From Octopus bimaculoides (taxonomy: Eukaryota): DNA of 51,681 nucleotides. Position 1 is the stretch's first letter. Every line of letters begins with the position of its first letter. The stretch lies in the NCBI RefSeq assembly GCF_001194135.2, contig NC_068981.1, forward strand, positions 46,487,482-46,539,162. Reading direction: 5' to 3'. The position numbers were made by a program, and so were the translations under genes. Shown here piece by piece: positions 1-12,508 of the stretch. The notes under the pieces were generated by a model. The model did not search any database and had not been told where the DNA came from. It saw only the letters and a program-made list of their open reading frames with translations.

Positions 1-108
1 GAAGAAGAAGAAGAAGAAGAAGAAGAAGAAGAAGAAGAAGAAGAAGAAGAAGAAGAAGAAGAAGAAGAAGAAGAAGAAGAAGAAGAAGAAGAAGAAGAAG
101 AAGAAGAA
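1..108. repeat. (GAA)n microsatellite
   Basis: Perfect GAA run from the window start. Confidence 0.98.
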
Positions 109-109
109 A

Positions 110-1023
110 CAACAACAAAAGCTATTAAACAAATGAAATCCAAACTCTAATTAGAACAACAACGGACCATGATAAAACGATGGCACGAAAAAGCCCCTAC
201 ATGGTAAATACTGGGCTAAACTAAATGCAAAAAAAATAGACAGACAAAAATACCAGCAATGGCTGAGAAGCTCATGACTCAAAACAGAAACTGAAGGATG
301 TTTAATTGCTGCACAAGACCAAAGCCTCCCCACCAGAAATTACCAAAAACATGTAATGAAAAGAAACATAACGTGTAACAGCAGAATATGTGGCGATGCA
401 CAAGAAGTCATACTATCTCTTAGCCAGCTAAGAAGTGATATATTCAAAGACACGACAGAGCTGGGACCTATATACACTGGAAGCTATGCCAACACTATGG
501 AATAACAACAGAAAAAGATGGTATAAACACACGCCAGGAATATCACTGAAAACGAGTAAGCAACCATACTCTGGGATATGCCAATACACACAGATAGAGA
601 AATTAATGCCAATAGACCATATATACTTGTCAAAGATCATGAGGGAAAAAAATTCTTTCTAATTGATGTATCAATACCAGCAGATGACAACGTTTCCCTA
701 AAAGAAATGGAGAAAGTTTCAAAATACAAAGATCTGGAAATAGAGGTAACTCGAATGTGGAATCTAAAAACAGAAACAATTCCTATCATATTAGGTATAA
801 TAAAAAAAATATTCAGACAGATACATAACAAAAGCACTAGGACTTACAAATATATATAACCTAGAGAAAATTGCACTACTGGGCACTGCACACATCCTAC
901 GCAAAACACTTTCAATACAGCAACGATAAGAGCATCGCAGCAAACCACAGCACATACCGAAGGCACACAGAGCTGCCCTCGGTAGTGAAGTGAAAGCACG
1001 TTATAAAAATAAAACTACTGAAC
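110..1023 (+). mobile_element. 5'-truncated R4/Dong-like RLE non-LTR retrotransposon, family A (degenerate ORF C-terminus plus 3' UTR)
   Basis: Translation across frameshifts and stops gives WHEKPLHGKY..QWL..S*LKTETEGCLIAAQDQSLPTRNY, a decayed zinc knuckle, RHD, WDMPIHTDREINANRPYILV..LIDVSIP..KVSKYKDLEIE (PD-(D/E)xK-type RLE) and KIALLGTAHILRKTLS. Ends in (AAT)n. Confidence 0.9.
955..984 (+). other. Stem-loop in family A 3' UTR
   Basis: TACCGA-A-GGCA...TGCC-C-TCGGTA: 6-bp plus 4-bp stem. Confidence 0.6.

Positions 1024-1113
<90 letters not shown>
1024..1113. repeat. (AAT)n microsatellite
   Basis: Direct read; one ACT interruption. Confidence 0.97.
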
Positions 1114-1117
<4 letters not shown>

Positions 1118-1670
1118 GACCTGAAGCAGTACCAGGCAGTGGCTCTCATGGCTTCTGATTTGAAGTGTTATTATGTACATTACTTTGTCCTTATATACAA
1201 CATGAACTACAACAAATATTCTGCTCAATACCACAGATTTGCTTGTCACTTGTTTAACCTTAACCGGTTCAGCATGTCCCTATGTGGTGACAATATGTGC
1301 ATCTCTGATGTCAAGCAGATGTTTTGGGGGTGCATCATAGCCACGTCTTGAGAGGAATTTTTGGGGTTTGGATAGATGACGTTTGGAAACACGGGTGTTT
1401 CTTTCAACGTCGTTAAACGACCCTTATTCAAGGACTTCTTAAGCTACTCGACCCGAAAAAATTTCTAACTGAGTCCTACCTGCAAGGTCATGCGCTGTTT
1501 ATCTTGATATAAAATCTCCATGTCGTGCACATATGGTTGTGATGCATGCGTCTGGTGTACCCTTTTCAGGTACACCAGTCACATCCATCATATGTTGTCA
1601 CGTGGGTATATTGGGCTTCATATATTTTACCTCAACGTCACTTTGATGGCATGCACTTCTCTCAGTAATA
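1114..1670. mobile_element. Unclassified non-coding interspersed repeat, family X, near-complete copy
   Basis: Homologous segments at 1671-1832, 5420-5645 (opposite orientation) and 9543-9820. No recognisable coding motifs; abuts (AAT)n. Confidence 0.75.
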
Positions 1671-1832
1671 TCTGCAGTTCTCATGGATTTTGATCTTAAC
1701 GGATTGAAATGTTATCATGTACATTGTTTTGTCTTGGTATAGAAAATGGTCTAGAACAAATATTCTGCTCAATACTACAATATTTGTAACTTAGTATTTA
1801 TACTCCACTTTGATGCCATGCTCTACTCTCTC
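1671..1832. mobile_element. Family X, internally deleted tandem copy
   Basis: About 1680-1790 matches about 1145-1255 (TCTCATGG..TGTACATT..CAAATATTCTGCTCAATAC), then jumps to the terminal CACTTTGATG.CATGC..CTCTC motif also seen at about 1639-1663. Confidence 0.75.
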
Positions 1833-3230
<1,398 letters not shown>

Positions 3231-3312
<82 letters not shown>

Positions 3313-3326
3313 TTAATAATAATAAT
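3231..3326. repeat. (AAT)n microsatellite
   Basis: Direct read. Confidence 0.97.
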
Positions 3327-3341
3327 ATGAATATGAATGTG

Positions 3342-3815
3342 AATAATTTCCTTTATTTGGCAAAGGTAGAAGGATCAAGGGGACAGTACAGAGACAAACT
3401 TAAAGTGTGGTGGTTTACATCTAATGAAATAAAAAAAAAGGAAATGAAAAAATAAAGAAATGGATTATACACATTTGCTCTGAGAAGGAATGGACATATG
3501 AGTAGCATTCAAAAATATTTATAAACATTCGGTGGGTGGATAATAGAGACGTGGCCCTCCTGATATAGGAAGGTCTCTTGAGATAAACCAGGAACTCTAA
3601 TATCCGAGATTTCCTTGAAAGCCCAGCGCAAGTGCTCTCTCCATTTCCTTCTACCCGGCTCACCGATCAATACTTAGAGAGGAACCATTCCACTCTCGCC
3701 AGTTTTGCAAATTTCACACACCTTTGAAAAAACCTAACTCAAGGACAGCACCTCTCTATACACTCACAATTTCCTTTTCAAGTGGATCTTCAAAAATTCA
3801 ATGAGAGCTCTGTTA
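3342..3815 (-). mobile_element. Probable Tx1/L1-clade non-LTR retrotransposon 3' fragment
   Basis: Minus strand reads ALIEFLKIHLKRKL*VYRE, resembling Tx1-type ORF2 C-termini, then a T-rich UTR ending AAATAAAGGAAATTATT into (ATT)n. Family call is from recall only. Confidence 0.5.
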
Positions 3816-4629
3816 TCATTCCTTAATAATAATAATAATTATAATAATAATAATAATAATAATAATAGTAATAATAATAATAATTATTATANNNNNNNNN
3901 NNNNNNNNNNNNNNNNNNNNNNNNNNNNNNNNNNNNNNNNNNNNNNNNNNNNNNNNNNNNNNNNNNNNNNNNNNNNNNNNNNNNNNATATATATACATAT
4001 AATTTTTTTAATACATCACACACATATATATGTTTTATACATACATACATATATGTGCGTGAATGATTGTGTGTGTATCTGTGTGTGTATTCACGCATAA
4101 ATACACACACAAATGTATATGTGTAGGTACATTGGAATTAACTGAGTAGAACAAACATATTCACAATATAATTCGTTGTCAGTTTGTTTCTTATCTAAGC
4201 TGAACAGCGAAACATGAAGTGACAACACATTTTAAATAATATATTTACTTTAAGATTTCGACAATGAGTCTAATTTATCAGTTTAGCTCATACATCTGAA
4301 TTTGACAAGCCAAACATTAAACAGAAGGAAATAAATGAGGTGTAAAACTAAAGCAAACGAAACTACATTTCTTTTCTGGAAACAGCGTGAAAATCTAAAA
4401 CGTAATTTTGAAAAAATAAGTAAATTTAATGTTGATGATACCGACAAGTTGAATGCTGATGTGTACTTTACGTGATCACACATTGAGAAATACAACGTAC
4501 ATCAGTTGCTGTAAAGTATGAGAACTGACAGAAGATAACTCATTAAACAAGTGCGGAGAAGGTCTATCTAATTTAATATACATCCAATTCTGATGCCATT
4601 GGTCGTTTGGCGGAATCTTTAAACAATTG

Positions 4630-4838
4630 GAAAAAAGAAAATGGTGTATGTATTTATTCCGTTCCTTGTAATTCGGAGTTCATATGCCTCTGAAGTTATC
4701 TTTATCTTTCATTTCCTAAGGGTTTTACCTCTTCGTCTCTGCAGGGTTGATAAAATTATGTACTAGATGTCATGTAATTGAGTAATCACCTCCTCTGAAA
4801 GCTTCTGGTCCTGTACCGAAGTTGGAGATTACTATTAG
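4630..4838 (+). mobile_element. SINE S1, highly degenerate
   Basis: Colinear similarity to 21714-21927 (GAGTTCA..TTT.TCTTTCAT..GGGTTGATAAAAT.AGTAC..). Confidence 0.45.
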
Positions 4839-4854
4839 TATTATCTTTAATATA

Positions 4855-5100
4855 AAGACAGAAAGCTAACATAACCGTTAGCACATCGAAACAAATGTCT
4901 AGCGGTATTCGATCCGTCTTTATTTTCTGGACTTATATTCCGCCTCTGTTGATTTTGCTTTTCATTCTCTCGTGTTCTAATAAATACCAGTTCAACACTG
5001 GGGTCAGTATAATTAACTACCTCTAAGTGGCCATATGACACAAAGATGACACTTGTTCTCATGGTAACCTTGTGTCAAAATTTGAAATCAATATTATTAT
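4855..5100 (+). mobile_element. SINE S1 interrupted by a 45-bp foreign segment
   Basis: Head and body match other S1 copies. The S1 3' end (CCTTGTGTCAAAATTTGAAATCAATATT) resumes at 5069. Confidence 0.7.
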
Positions 5101-5387
5101 CGTTATTATATATAGTATTAATATTATTATCATATCACGGAAATGATATTACATGTACATTTACTGAGCAGGGATGTCATACTGGGATTTGAGAAAAGCA
5201 TGTTCCCGCAAATCAAAAGACGATTCTTTAGGATTCTTCTAAATTTTAGGGTGGCACTTTCTATAGCTCAGCAATGCGTGTCGGAATTATTATCGGATTC
5301 AGTTTCTCAGAAAGCAGTTTGGTAGTAGTGCCACATTGAAAAGTTACCATGAGAACAAGTGTCATCTTTGTGTCATATGACCACTTA
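5024..5387. repeat. 45-bp inverted repeat pair (5024-5068 / 5343-5387)
   Basis: 44 of 45 positions complementary by direct comparison. Confidence 0.95.
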
Positions 5388-5419
5388 ATCTTTTGGCAAG
5401 ATCATGATTTTTCTCAAAA

Positions 5420-5645
5420 TTTCTCCCATACCGCTCAGAAGATCCCTGAATATAGTTTGTTTAAAGATAATGAACGAAGCACCTTTGTTTCCAGAGGTAA
5501 ATTATTCAAATCCGAAAGAATTCTTCTCAGCACATGGACATGACGCCACCCCACCCCCAATTACTTCTGCTCGTGACCAGTGATTCATTTATTGTCAGCC
5601 ACTAAGTGACACGCTCAATAGGTCAAGCAACTAACAAGCAATCCT
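5420..5645. mobile_element. Family X partial copy, opposite orientation to 1114-1670
   Basis: Reverse complement of about 1240-1450 (TACTTCTGCTCGTGA..ATTGTCAGCCACTAAG.GACA.GCTCAA). Confidence 0.7.
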
Positions 5646-5960
5646 TATTATTATTATCTTCAGCAACTTTCTCATAACCAGCATCCTCATTATCTTTGTC
5701 ATCATCATCCCCAGCATCATAATTGTTATCTTGTAGTTTTATTAATATTTGGTGTTTCACAGAAACACAAAGGGCAATTCTGTGTGCTGTGGGTATGCAT
5801 TTCCTAATATTTTGTTTTTTCTTCGTCTACACCATGTACTGAAATCACTTACTTAATCTATGTGCAGAGCCTGGTAAAGATTCTCTCTATAATTCCTAGA
5901 CATGAATTCAGTTGATTTAATGGCCTAACTGCTCTCCAAATCTGAGATGTTAAATTTTTT

Positions 5961-6135
5961 TTAGTTGTTTCTGTCATTGGATGCAGCCTTTACCGGGGCA
6001 CAGCCTGGAGGGGTTTAGTCGAACAAATTGGCTACTTCTCCCAACGGTCTCGTTTCTGAAAATCTTCATATCGGGTATGTAAACAAAATAACACCGGTTG
6101 ATCAGCAGTGGTGGAACACAAACACACATTGTATG
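5961..6135 (-). mobile_element. SINE S2, 3' half
   Basis: Reverse complement resembles 14121-14290 and 29790-29895. Confidence 0.6.
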
Positions 6136-6682
6136 ACACACTCACACGCATGCACACACAAAGATATGTTCTCCGTTTTCTTGTTTGTTTGTTTTTTTTT
6201 TGTTTTTTTTCTTTTTGTCTTTGCTGCCATACACATTCGCTAGCTTTCTTACAAAGGGGTCTAATGCTCTTAGCTTAGACTTTTGTGTAGTGGGGGCAAC
6301 CAGATCGAACCATCTCAAGTGTAACTGCCCGAAATAGTTGTGACTCCTGGAACTTGACTAAGGAAAGAAAGCCACAAATGACCCGTCTTTTTTGTTTGTT
6401 TTTTACCTGTCCTAATTGTTTCTCTTGTCCGCTTTTGTATCGTCTATCTGTCCGAATGTTTTAATGTCCTCTAATGCGTTTTTATTCCACTTACACACNN
6501 NNNNNNNNNNNNNNNNNNNNNNNNNNNNNNNNNNNNNNNNNNNNNNNNNNNNNNNNNNNNNNNNNNNNNNNNNNNNNNNNNNNNNNNNNNNNNNNNNNNN
6601 NNNNNNNNNNNNNNNNNNNNNNNNNNNNNNNNNNNNNNNNNNNNNNNNNNNNNNNNNNNNNNNNNNNNNNNNNNNNNNNNNN

Positions 6683-6760
<78 letters not shown>

Positions 6761-6915
6761 GCCGAGCTTATAAGCAGTTTCTGTCTATCAGATCCACTGG
6801 TAAGGCGACATTGTCGACTAGGAACTCGAGTAAAATACACTTGCCCAAGGTGGCACGCAGTTTGGCTGGACCCAGAACTGTTTCGTTGTGAAGCAATGTT
6901 TTACCTTAGAGGCAT
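6761..6915 (-). mobile_element. SINE S2, tRNA-like head plus CORE-like domain
   Basis: Reverse complement reads GGGTCCAGCC..GCGTGCCACCTTGGGCAAGTGT..GTGGATCTGATAGACAGAAACTG and matches 44192-44345. CCTTGGGCAAGT is the CORE-SINE hallmark. Confidence 0.75.
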
Positions 6916-7675
6916 TTGATTATAGAATCGATTGAATACCGAAAAAGAAAACTATTTCTCTCCTTCTTTCAATCTTATACCGCTAGGTTTTGGAATATCA
7001 AATCCGGCTGAAGGCATCTTTGTCTTTTGTTCATCCGAGTTCGATTCAATTGCGCACGGTTCAAGTACTTGCCTCTTTCGTATCTACGAGTGCCCTTCCC
7101 TTAAGACTGTGTTGGTCCTAAATTAGAAGCAATTAATATTATCATCATTGACACCATCATTAGCATCATCATTGTCGAAGCCGTCGTCGTCGTCGTCAAC
7201 ATTGTTCTGCTGTTGCTATTGTTGTTGTTGTTGTTGTTGTTGTTGTTATTTTCATCATCACCATCACTAGCATCAGTATCATTATTATAATTATATTGTC
7301 TTTGCGCTGCTTGTTTCCTCTATTGTGCTGAAGTTCGTTTCGGATATTTCCGATTTCTTACACAATGAGTTATACTTTCTGAAATCATAAATTTTACTCC
7401 CTTGTGCTTTTCTTGACATTACTTGCAATCCCCTTTGTCTTCCTTTATATCCCTTATGCATCTTACTATCGCTCTCTTAATTATCTTTATTGCCAGAATC
7501 AATCATTGTTATTTCAGTGAATTCATATATTCACTCAAAGACATGCAAATGTTCGTATTAAATGGGATTATTCATTTCACTACTGTTCCACAATTGGGTT
7601 TGATCATGAGGAGGATGGAATTGTTATATTTATCATTAAATGCTCCAACAGGATCCACCAGCAGAATCAGCAGCT

Positions 7676-7739
<64 letters not shown>

Positions 7740-7745
7740 CAGCAG
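7676..7745. repeat. (AGT)n then (AGC)n microsatellite
   Basis: Direct read. Confidence 0.95.
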
Positions 7746-7788
7746 CCGCTGCAGCAATAGTACTGTTAGTGGTGTTATTGGTGGTGGT

Positions 7789-7999
7789 GGTCTCAATTTC
7801 TGGCTCAAAATCGGCACGTTAAGGGGAGGGGCATATCGATTACATCAACCACAGAGTTCAGGTGGTACTTTATAAGACTCGAAAGGATAAAAGGTAAAGT
7901 CGATTTCGGCAGAATTTAAAATCAGATCGTAAAGAGGAACGAAATTCCGCTAAGCACTCTTTGCCAGGTGTGCTTACGTTTCTGTCAGCCTGCCGCCTT
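7789..7999 (-). mobile_element. SINE S1, first of a head-to-tail pair
   Basis: Reverse complement starts AAGGCGGCAGGCTGACAGAAACGTAAGC (A-box-like) and is colinear with 21714-21927. Confidence 0.8.
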
Positions 8000-8000
8000 C

Positions 8001-8207
8001 GTTTCAATGTTTGGCATAAAGCCTGGAGTTTCGGTGTGGGGACGTAAGCTGACAACGTAGACCCCAGCGTTTCACTTGTACTTATTTTATCGACTCTAAA
8101 AGTATGAAAGGTAAAGTCGACCACGGCGGAATTTCAACTTAGTAAAAGTGGACGAAATGACGATAAGCATTTTGTCCCGTGTGCTAACGATTTTTCCAGG
8201 TGGCTAC
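8001..8207 (-). mobile_element. SINE S1, second of the tandem pair
   Basis: Same blocks (CGTTAGCAC, AAGTTGAAATTCCGCCGTGGTCGACTTTACCTTTCAT, GTCGATAAAATAAGTAC). Confidence 0.8.
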
Positions 8208-8272
8208 TTGCTGGTGCTGCTGCTGCTGTTGCAGCTGCTACTACTACTACCACCACCACTTCCACCACCACC

Positions 8273-8368
<96 letters not shown>
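8208..8368. repeat. Compound trinucleotide tract (CTG/CTA/CCA/CTA/ATA)
   Basis: Direct read. Confidence 0.95.
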
Positions 8369-8369
<1 letters not shown>

Positions 8370-8395
8370 CGTTGAGTCGTGGCGACGACTCTACC

Positions 8396-9262
8396 CATGG
8401 ACAGGAGTAGCAAGATTATACTTACCAAGAAAGGAAGGTGGAAGAGGGTTAATATCAGTAGAAAACTGCGTGGACTTAGCTACAGCAGATATAGACTCCA
8501 ATGTAGGTAATAGTGAAGAAAGTTTATTAAGAGCTGCTAGATTCAAAGGGGAAAAAACCCAAGCGAAGTTAAAAGTCAGAATAAATTAACGTAAGCTATT
8601 GACTGGCAGGAGAAGGCTTTACATGGTAGATTCCCAAAGATTCTTGCAGGAAATAGTAGTAGTGAGACATGGTTATGGTTGCAGGAAGGAAATCAAAACA
8701 AGAAAGTGTTATTCAATTAGTAAGTGAATGTATCACACCGGTACAGAAAGAATACACGAAACGACATGACAAACTAGATAAAGTAATCCACTGGAGGTTA
8801 TGTTGAAAGCTAGGATTTGACCATACTGGTAAGTGATATGAACATGAAATATTGTTGTTGGACTTCAACATTCAGACTGACAGAGTGATAGAATCTGGAA
8901 GGACTGATTTAGCAATAGTAGGTAAAGAGTATAAAAAGTGCTAGATAATTTACAGTCGCAAATGAGGAAAAAATCAATATGAGAATTACAGAAAAAAATA
9001 GCAAAGCGCCTGGACCTAGCCATTGAATTGCAGAGACTAAGGAAAGTGCAGTTAAAATGTTTCCCAGTAGTTATAAATGCACTGCGAACTATCCCTCGAG
9101 ATTTTAAAAGATGGATAGAGAAAATTGGCATAAAACCCTGTTTAATACAGCTGCAGTAAACAGTGTTATTGGAGATAGCGAAAATAATTATGAGGGTTCT
9201 TGACAGCTAAGATTACTTGTTGTAGCCAGGAATCTAATCGATTGCATGGATATGAATAATAA
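8396..9262 (+). mobile_element. 5'-truncated, internally deleted R4/Dong-like RLE retrotransposon, family C
   Basis: TGVARLYLPRKEGGRGLISVENC..DWQEKALHGRF..ETWLWL..KRHDKLDKVIHWRLC..DFNIQTDRVIESGRTDLAIV..DLAIELQRL..PVVINAL..IIMRVLDS*. Follows (AAT)n. Confidence 0.88.
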
Positions 9263-9268
9263 GCATCA

Positions 9269-9474
9269 TTTCTACTAAAGACACAGGCCTGAAATTTTGC
9301 GGGAGGGGACATGCCGATTACATCGACCCCGGTGTTTCACTGGTAATTAACTTATCAATCTGAAAGTATGGAAAGCAAAATCAGCCTTGGCGTAACTTGA
9401 ATACGGAACGTAACAACGGACGAAATGCCGCTAAGCATTTCGCCCGGATGCTAACAATTCTGCCAGCTGGCTAC
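9269..9474 (-). mobile_element. SINE S1
   Basis: Reverse complement CAGCTGGCAGAATTGTTAGCATCCGGGCGAAATGCTTAGCGGCATTTCGTCCG matches the other copies. Confidence 0.82.
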
Positions 9475-9500
9475 TTACTACAACTACTACTACTAATGAA

Positions 9501-9542
<42 letters not shown>

Positions 9543-9820
9543 AAATACTTTGATGCAGTATTAGGCTGTGACTCTCATGTTTTCTGATCTTAACTGATTG
9601 GAAGTGTTAACACGTACAAGATTTGTCTTGATGTAAATGATGGACTACAATAAATATTCTACTCAAAACTGCAGATTTGTTTGACAGTCGCTTGACCAAT
9701 AGCAGCTGAGTATTCCCTTAGTAACTGACGATATGTAAATCACTGATCACGAGAAGGAATAGTGGGGCAGTGTCACAGCCCTCCGTTGAGAGTGATTCCT
9801 TGGTATTTGTATACTTCACC
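9543..9820. mobile_element. Family X partial copy, same orientation as 1114-1670
   Basis: GCAGTA..GGC.GTG.CTCTCATG.TT.TGAT..GAAGTGTTA..AAATATTCT.CTCAA colinear with 1126-1350. Preceded by (GAT)n. Confidence 0.75.
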
Positions 9821-9926
9821 CTTGCAATCTGATTGTCCTATTTAATTCTTGCTATCATAACAGCCTTTTATTCATTCAAAATGCTACTGATTATGGCGAC
9901 TTCCTCGGTATCGAACATTCTTACGA

Positions 9927-9978
9927 TGACGTCATCCGCGCACGTCAGCAGAGATCTCTTGTCTCTCAGTACTTCCTG
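9927..9978 (+). promoter_or_regulatory. Candidate CRE-containing core promoter or enhancer
   Basis: Perfect TGACGTCA (9927-9934), second CACGTCA (9941-9947), Inr-like TCAGT (9966-9970) and ETS-like ACTTCCTG (9971-9978) in a CpG-rich patch with no recognisable repeat. Confidence 0.3.
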
Positions 9979-10238
9979 CTTTTGTGCGTATTTGCTTCAG
10001 CGGTATTGCATGAATAATTCATAAGTAATAGGACACTGTTAACAGACGAACGGTGTGATTATACGCATTCCCTATGGGTGGTCTGTTAATTTAACTACCG
10101 AACAGATGGCTTGCACATAAAAGCAAATCAATCTTTGAAAACTAACTGCTCTAATGACAGCTGCTATATATCGAAGACCTACCTTATTATAGATCGCATA
10201 ATATGATCCTAGTTCTCTATACTAAAATATATACTTAC

Positions 10239-10310
10239 CTCAGCTGTTCAAAGCCAAGGAATTCCTGACGATAGAAAGTTTAAAATATACTATGGTTATA
10301 ATATGTGCGC
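10239..10310 (-). other. Candidate 72-nt non-coding exon
   Basis: Minus strand ATTTCAG|GCG...GAG|GTAAGT: consensus acceptor and donor, with stops in all three frames. Confidence 0.3.
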
Positions 10311-11046
10311 CTGAAATTGCATATCTAACGAAATAATTCCTTTGTGATTGCTAGAAACAGCAGCCAGATTTTCCGCAACGCGCTCCCGAACGCCATTCAA
10401 TAAGAAAAGTCCAGCTAGTTATATGTGAAAACTAGGTGGGGTGATGAAGGTTGTGTGACTTTAATTATATGTCAGCTCGATCAAAAGCACCAGCCGAACA
10501 TGCAACACATAATAATGAAAACCTATCACAGAACAAACAGCTAACTATCGGAGCAGTCCAACATATTAATCCTAAACCTATTGATGCCAACAAATCTAAC
10601 ACGTTTATCAAATATATATCTTTAACAATACAAAGCAAAAAGCGATTGTTTTATTAAACGATAGAAACAAAAAAAAATGATGTACAATAACGTCAGAAAT
10701 AGATACATGGAAACTACGATAATATAATTATTAATGGTGCTAGAGACTTATACATATCTACTATCGATTTCACAGGAACATTGATATATNNNNNNNNNNN
10801 NNNNNNNNNNNNNNNNNNNNNNNNNNNNNNNNNNNNNNNNNNNNNNNNNNNNNNNNNNNNNNNNNNNNNNNNNNNNNNNNNNNNNNNNNNNNNNNNNNNN
10901 NNNNNNNNNNNNNNNNNNNNNNNNNNNNNNNNNNNNNNNNNNNNNNNNNNNNNNNNNNNNNNNNNNNNNNNNNNNNNNNNNNNNNNNNNNNNNNNNNNNN
11001 NNNNNNNNNNNNNNNNNNNNNNNNNNNNNNNNNNNNNNNNNNNNNN

Positions 11047-11082
<36 letters not shown>

Positions 11083-12193
11083 TGTATGTATGTATGTATG
11101 TATGTATGTATGCAAGGGAGAAGTAAAAGTCAATTGAGTGAGCTGTGCTTCAAAGCTGATACTTTCAGTTATCGAGATAAAACGCAAAACCCAAACTGAC
11201 GCTGGAGAAAACACTTGGATAATAATATAAATAATGATTATAACAATAACTTGAATACTATGACCAATTATTTCTAAAACTGTCTCAAAGCAACATTTAA
11301 TCGATTTAATCAGTCAAGTATTTAGATGGTGCTTATTCTATCAGATCCGGAAGGAAGAACGTTAGAGTTGCTGCAAGGATAGGATATGAATATATACTGC
11401 AAAGGTACATAGATACATAACACGATAGTTTGAATCTATCAAGCTGCAGAGTCCCTCAGCTCAGTAAAATAATACATATTGTTCTGCTACATAATTAGTA
11501 TGTAACGAAACCTAACACCTGTCTATTATACACACATTTCTAATACACTGAGAAATAAATTATTGATATATGTGTTTACTAGCAATCGTAAATCGGTGAT
11601 ACAGCTGACATTCTGGGTTCAAGTCAAACCAAAGTTCCTTTACTTTGCAGTGCATTACTGTTTTCTCAGACATTACCAATAGCGACGTAATGTATCTGTA
11701 TAATATAGATTGTCTCCGATTCTCTTCCATAGTTAAATGTATTTAAATGGGTAAATATATTTTCTCCTCTACAGAAATTATAATTTCATTATATTTTTCA
11801 AAAATGTTTATACTAGACATATAAAGGAGGGGGTAAAATATAATAATTCATATATGTTGCTCTTTCTATGATATTTTGGTTGTTGAGAAAGAGGTAAAAA
11901 TAACAGGCATCACCTTTCAAGATACAAAATATATAAAGCTCATAACAAATAATATATACTTTCGTTCTTACTCTCTTAATGACCTGGTAATTTCATAACT
12001 ACTTACGTTGATGTCTTTGCTCGCCACTAAAAGAACATATATGTGCACTTTACACTATCTCAAGCGTTAAATACTTGAGAAATACTAAAAAAGACAATTT
12101 CAAAGCAACTTTTGTATTTCTTGGTTCGTTATAGCCTTTCAACAATCTTATAGGTTTCCTAATAACCGTGCAATTCCTATAGCTACACTGGAT

Positions 12194-12240
<47 letters not shown>

Positions 12241-12456
12241 GGATTGTGCATGTGTCCTTGTATGAATATGTATGCACCTAAGTATATGTATGCGTATGTG
12301 CATGTGGGTGTGTTCATATATATATAAATATCAATATTGCCTTATATGCATAAGTTAATATGTTATTAGGGCATTTTTATTCAAACAGAGACGCGCACGC
12401 ACTAGTATCTATATTTGCATGTGTGTAATGCGTGTATAGGCATATGTCTGAATCTG

Positions 12457-12508
<52 letters not shown>

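Noticed and set aside
6160-6498. Possible Penelope-type terminal repeat inside the split S2 SINE
   Set aside because: The T-rich composition is suggestive, but there is no intact core, ORF or second copy, and it is truncated by a gap.
7423-8428. Poly-S, poly-L, poly-V and poly-I ORFs
   Set aside because: Translations of trinucleotide microsatellites, with no domain or splice support.
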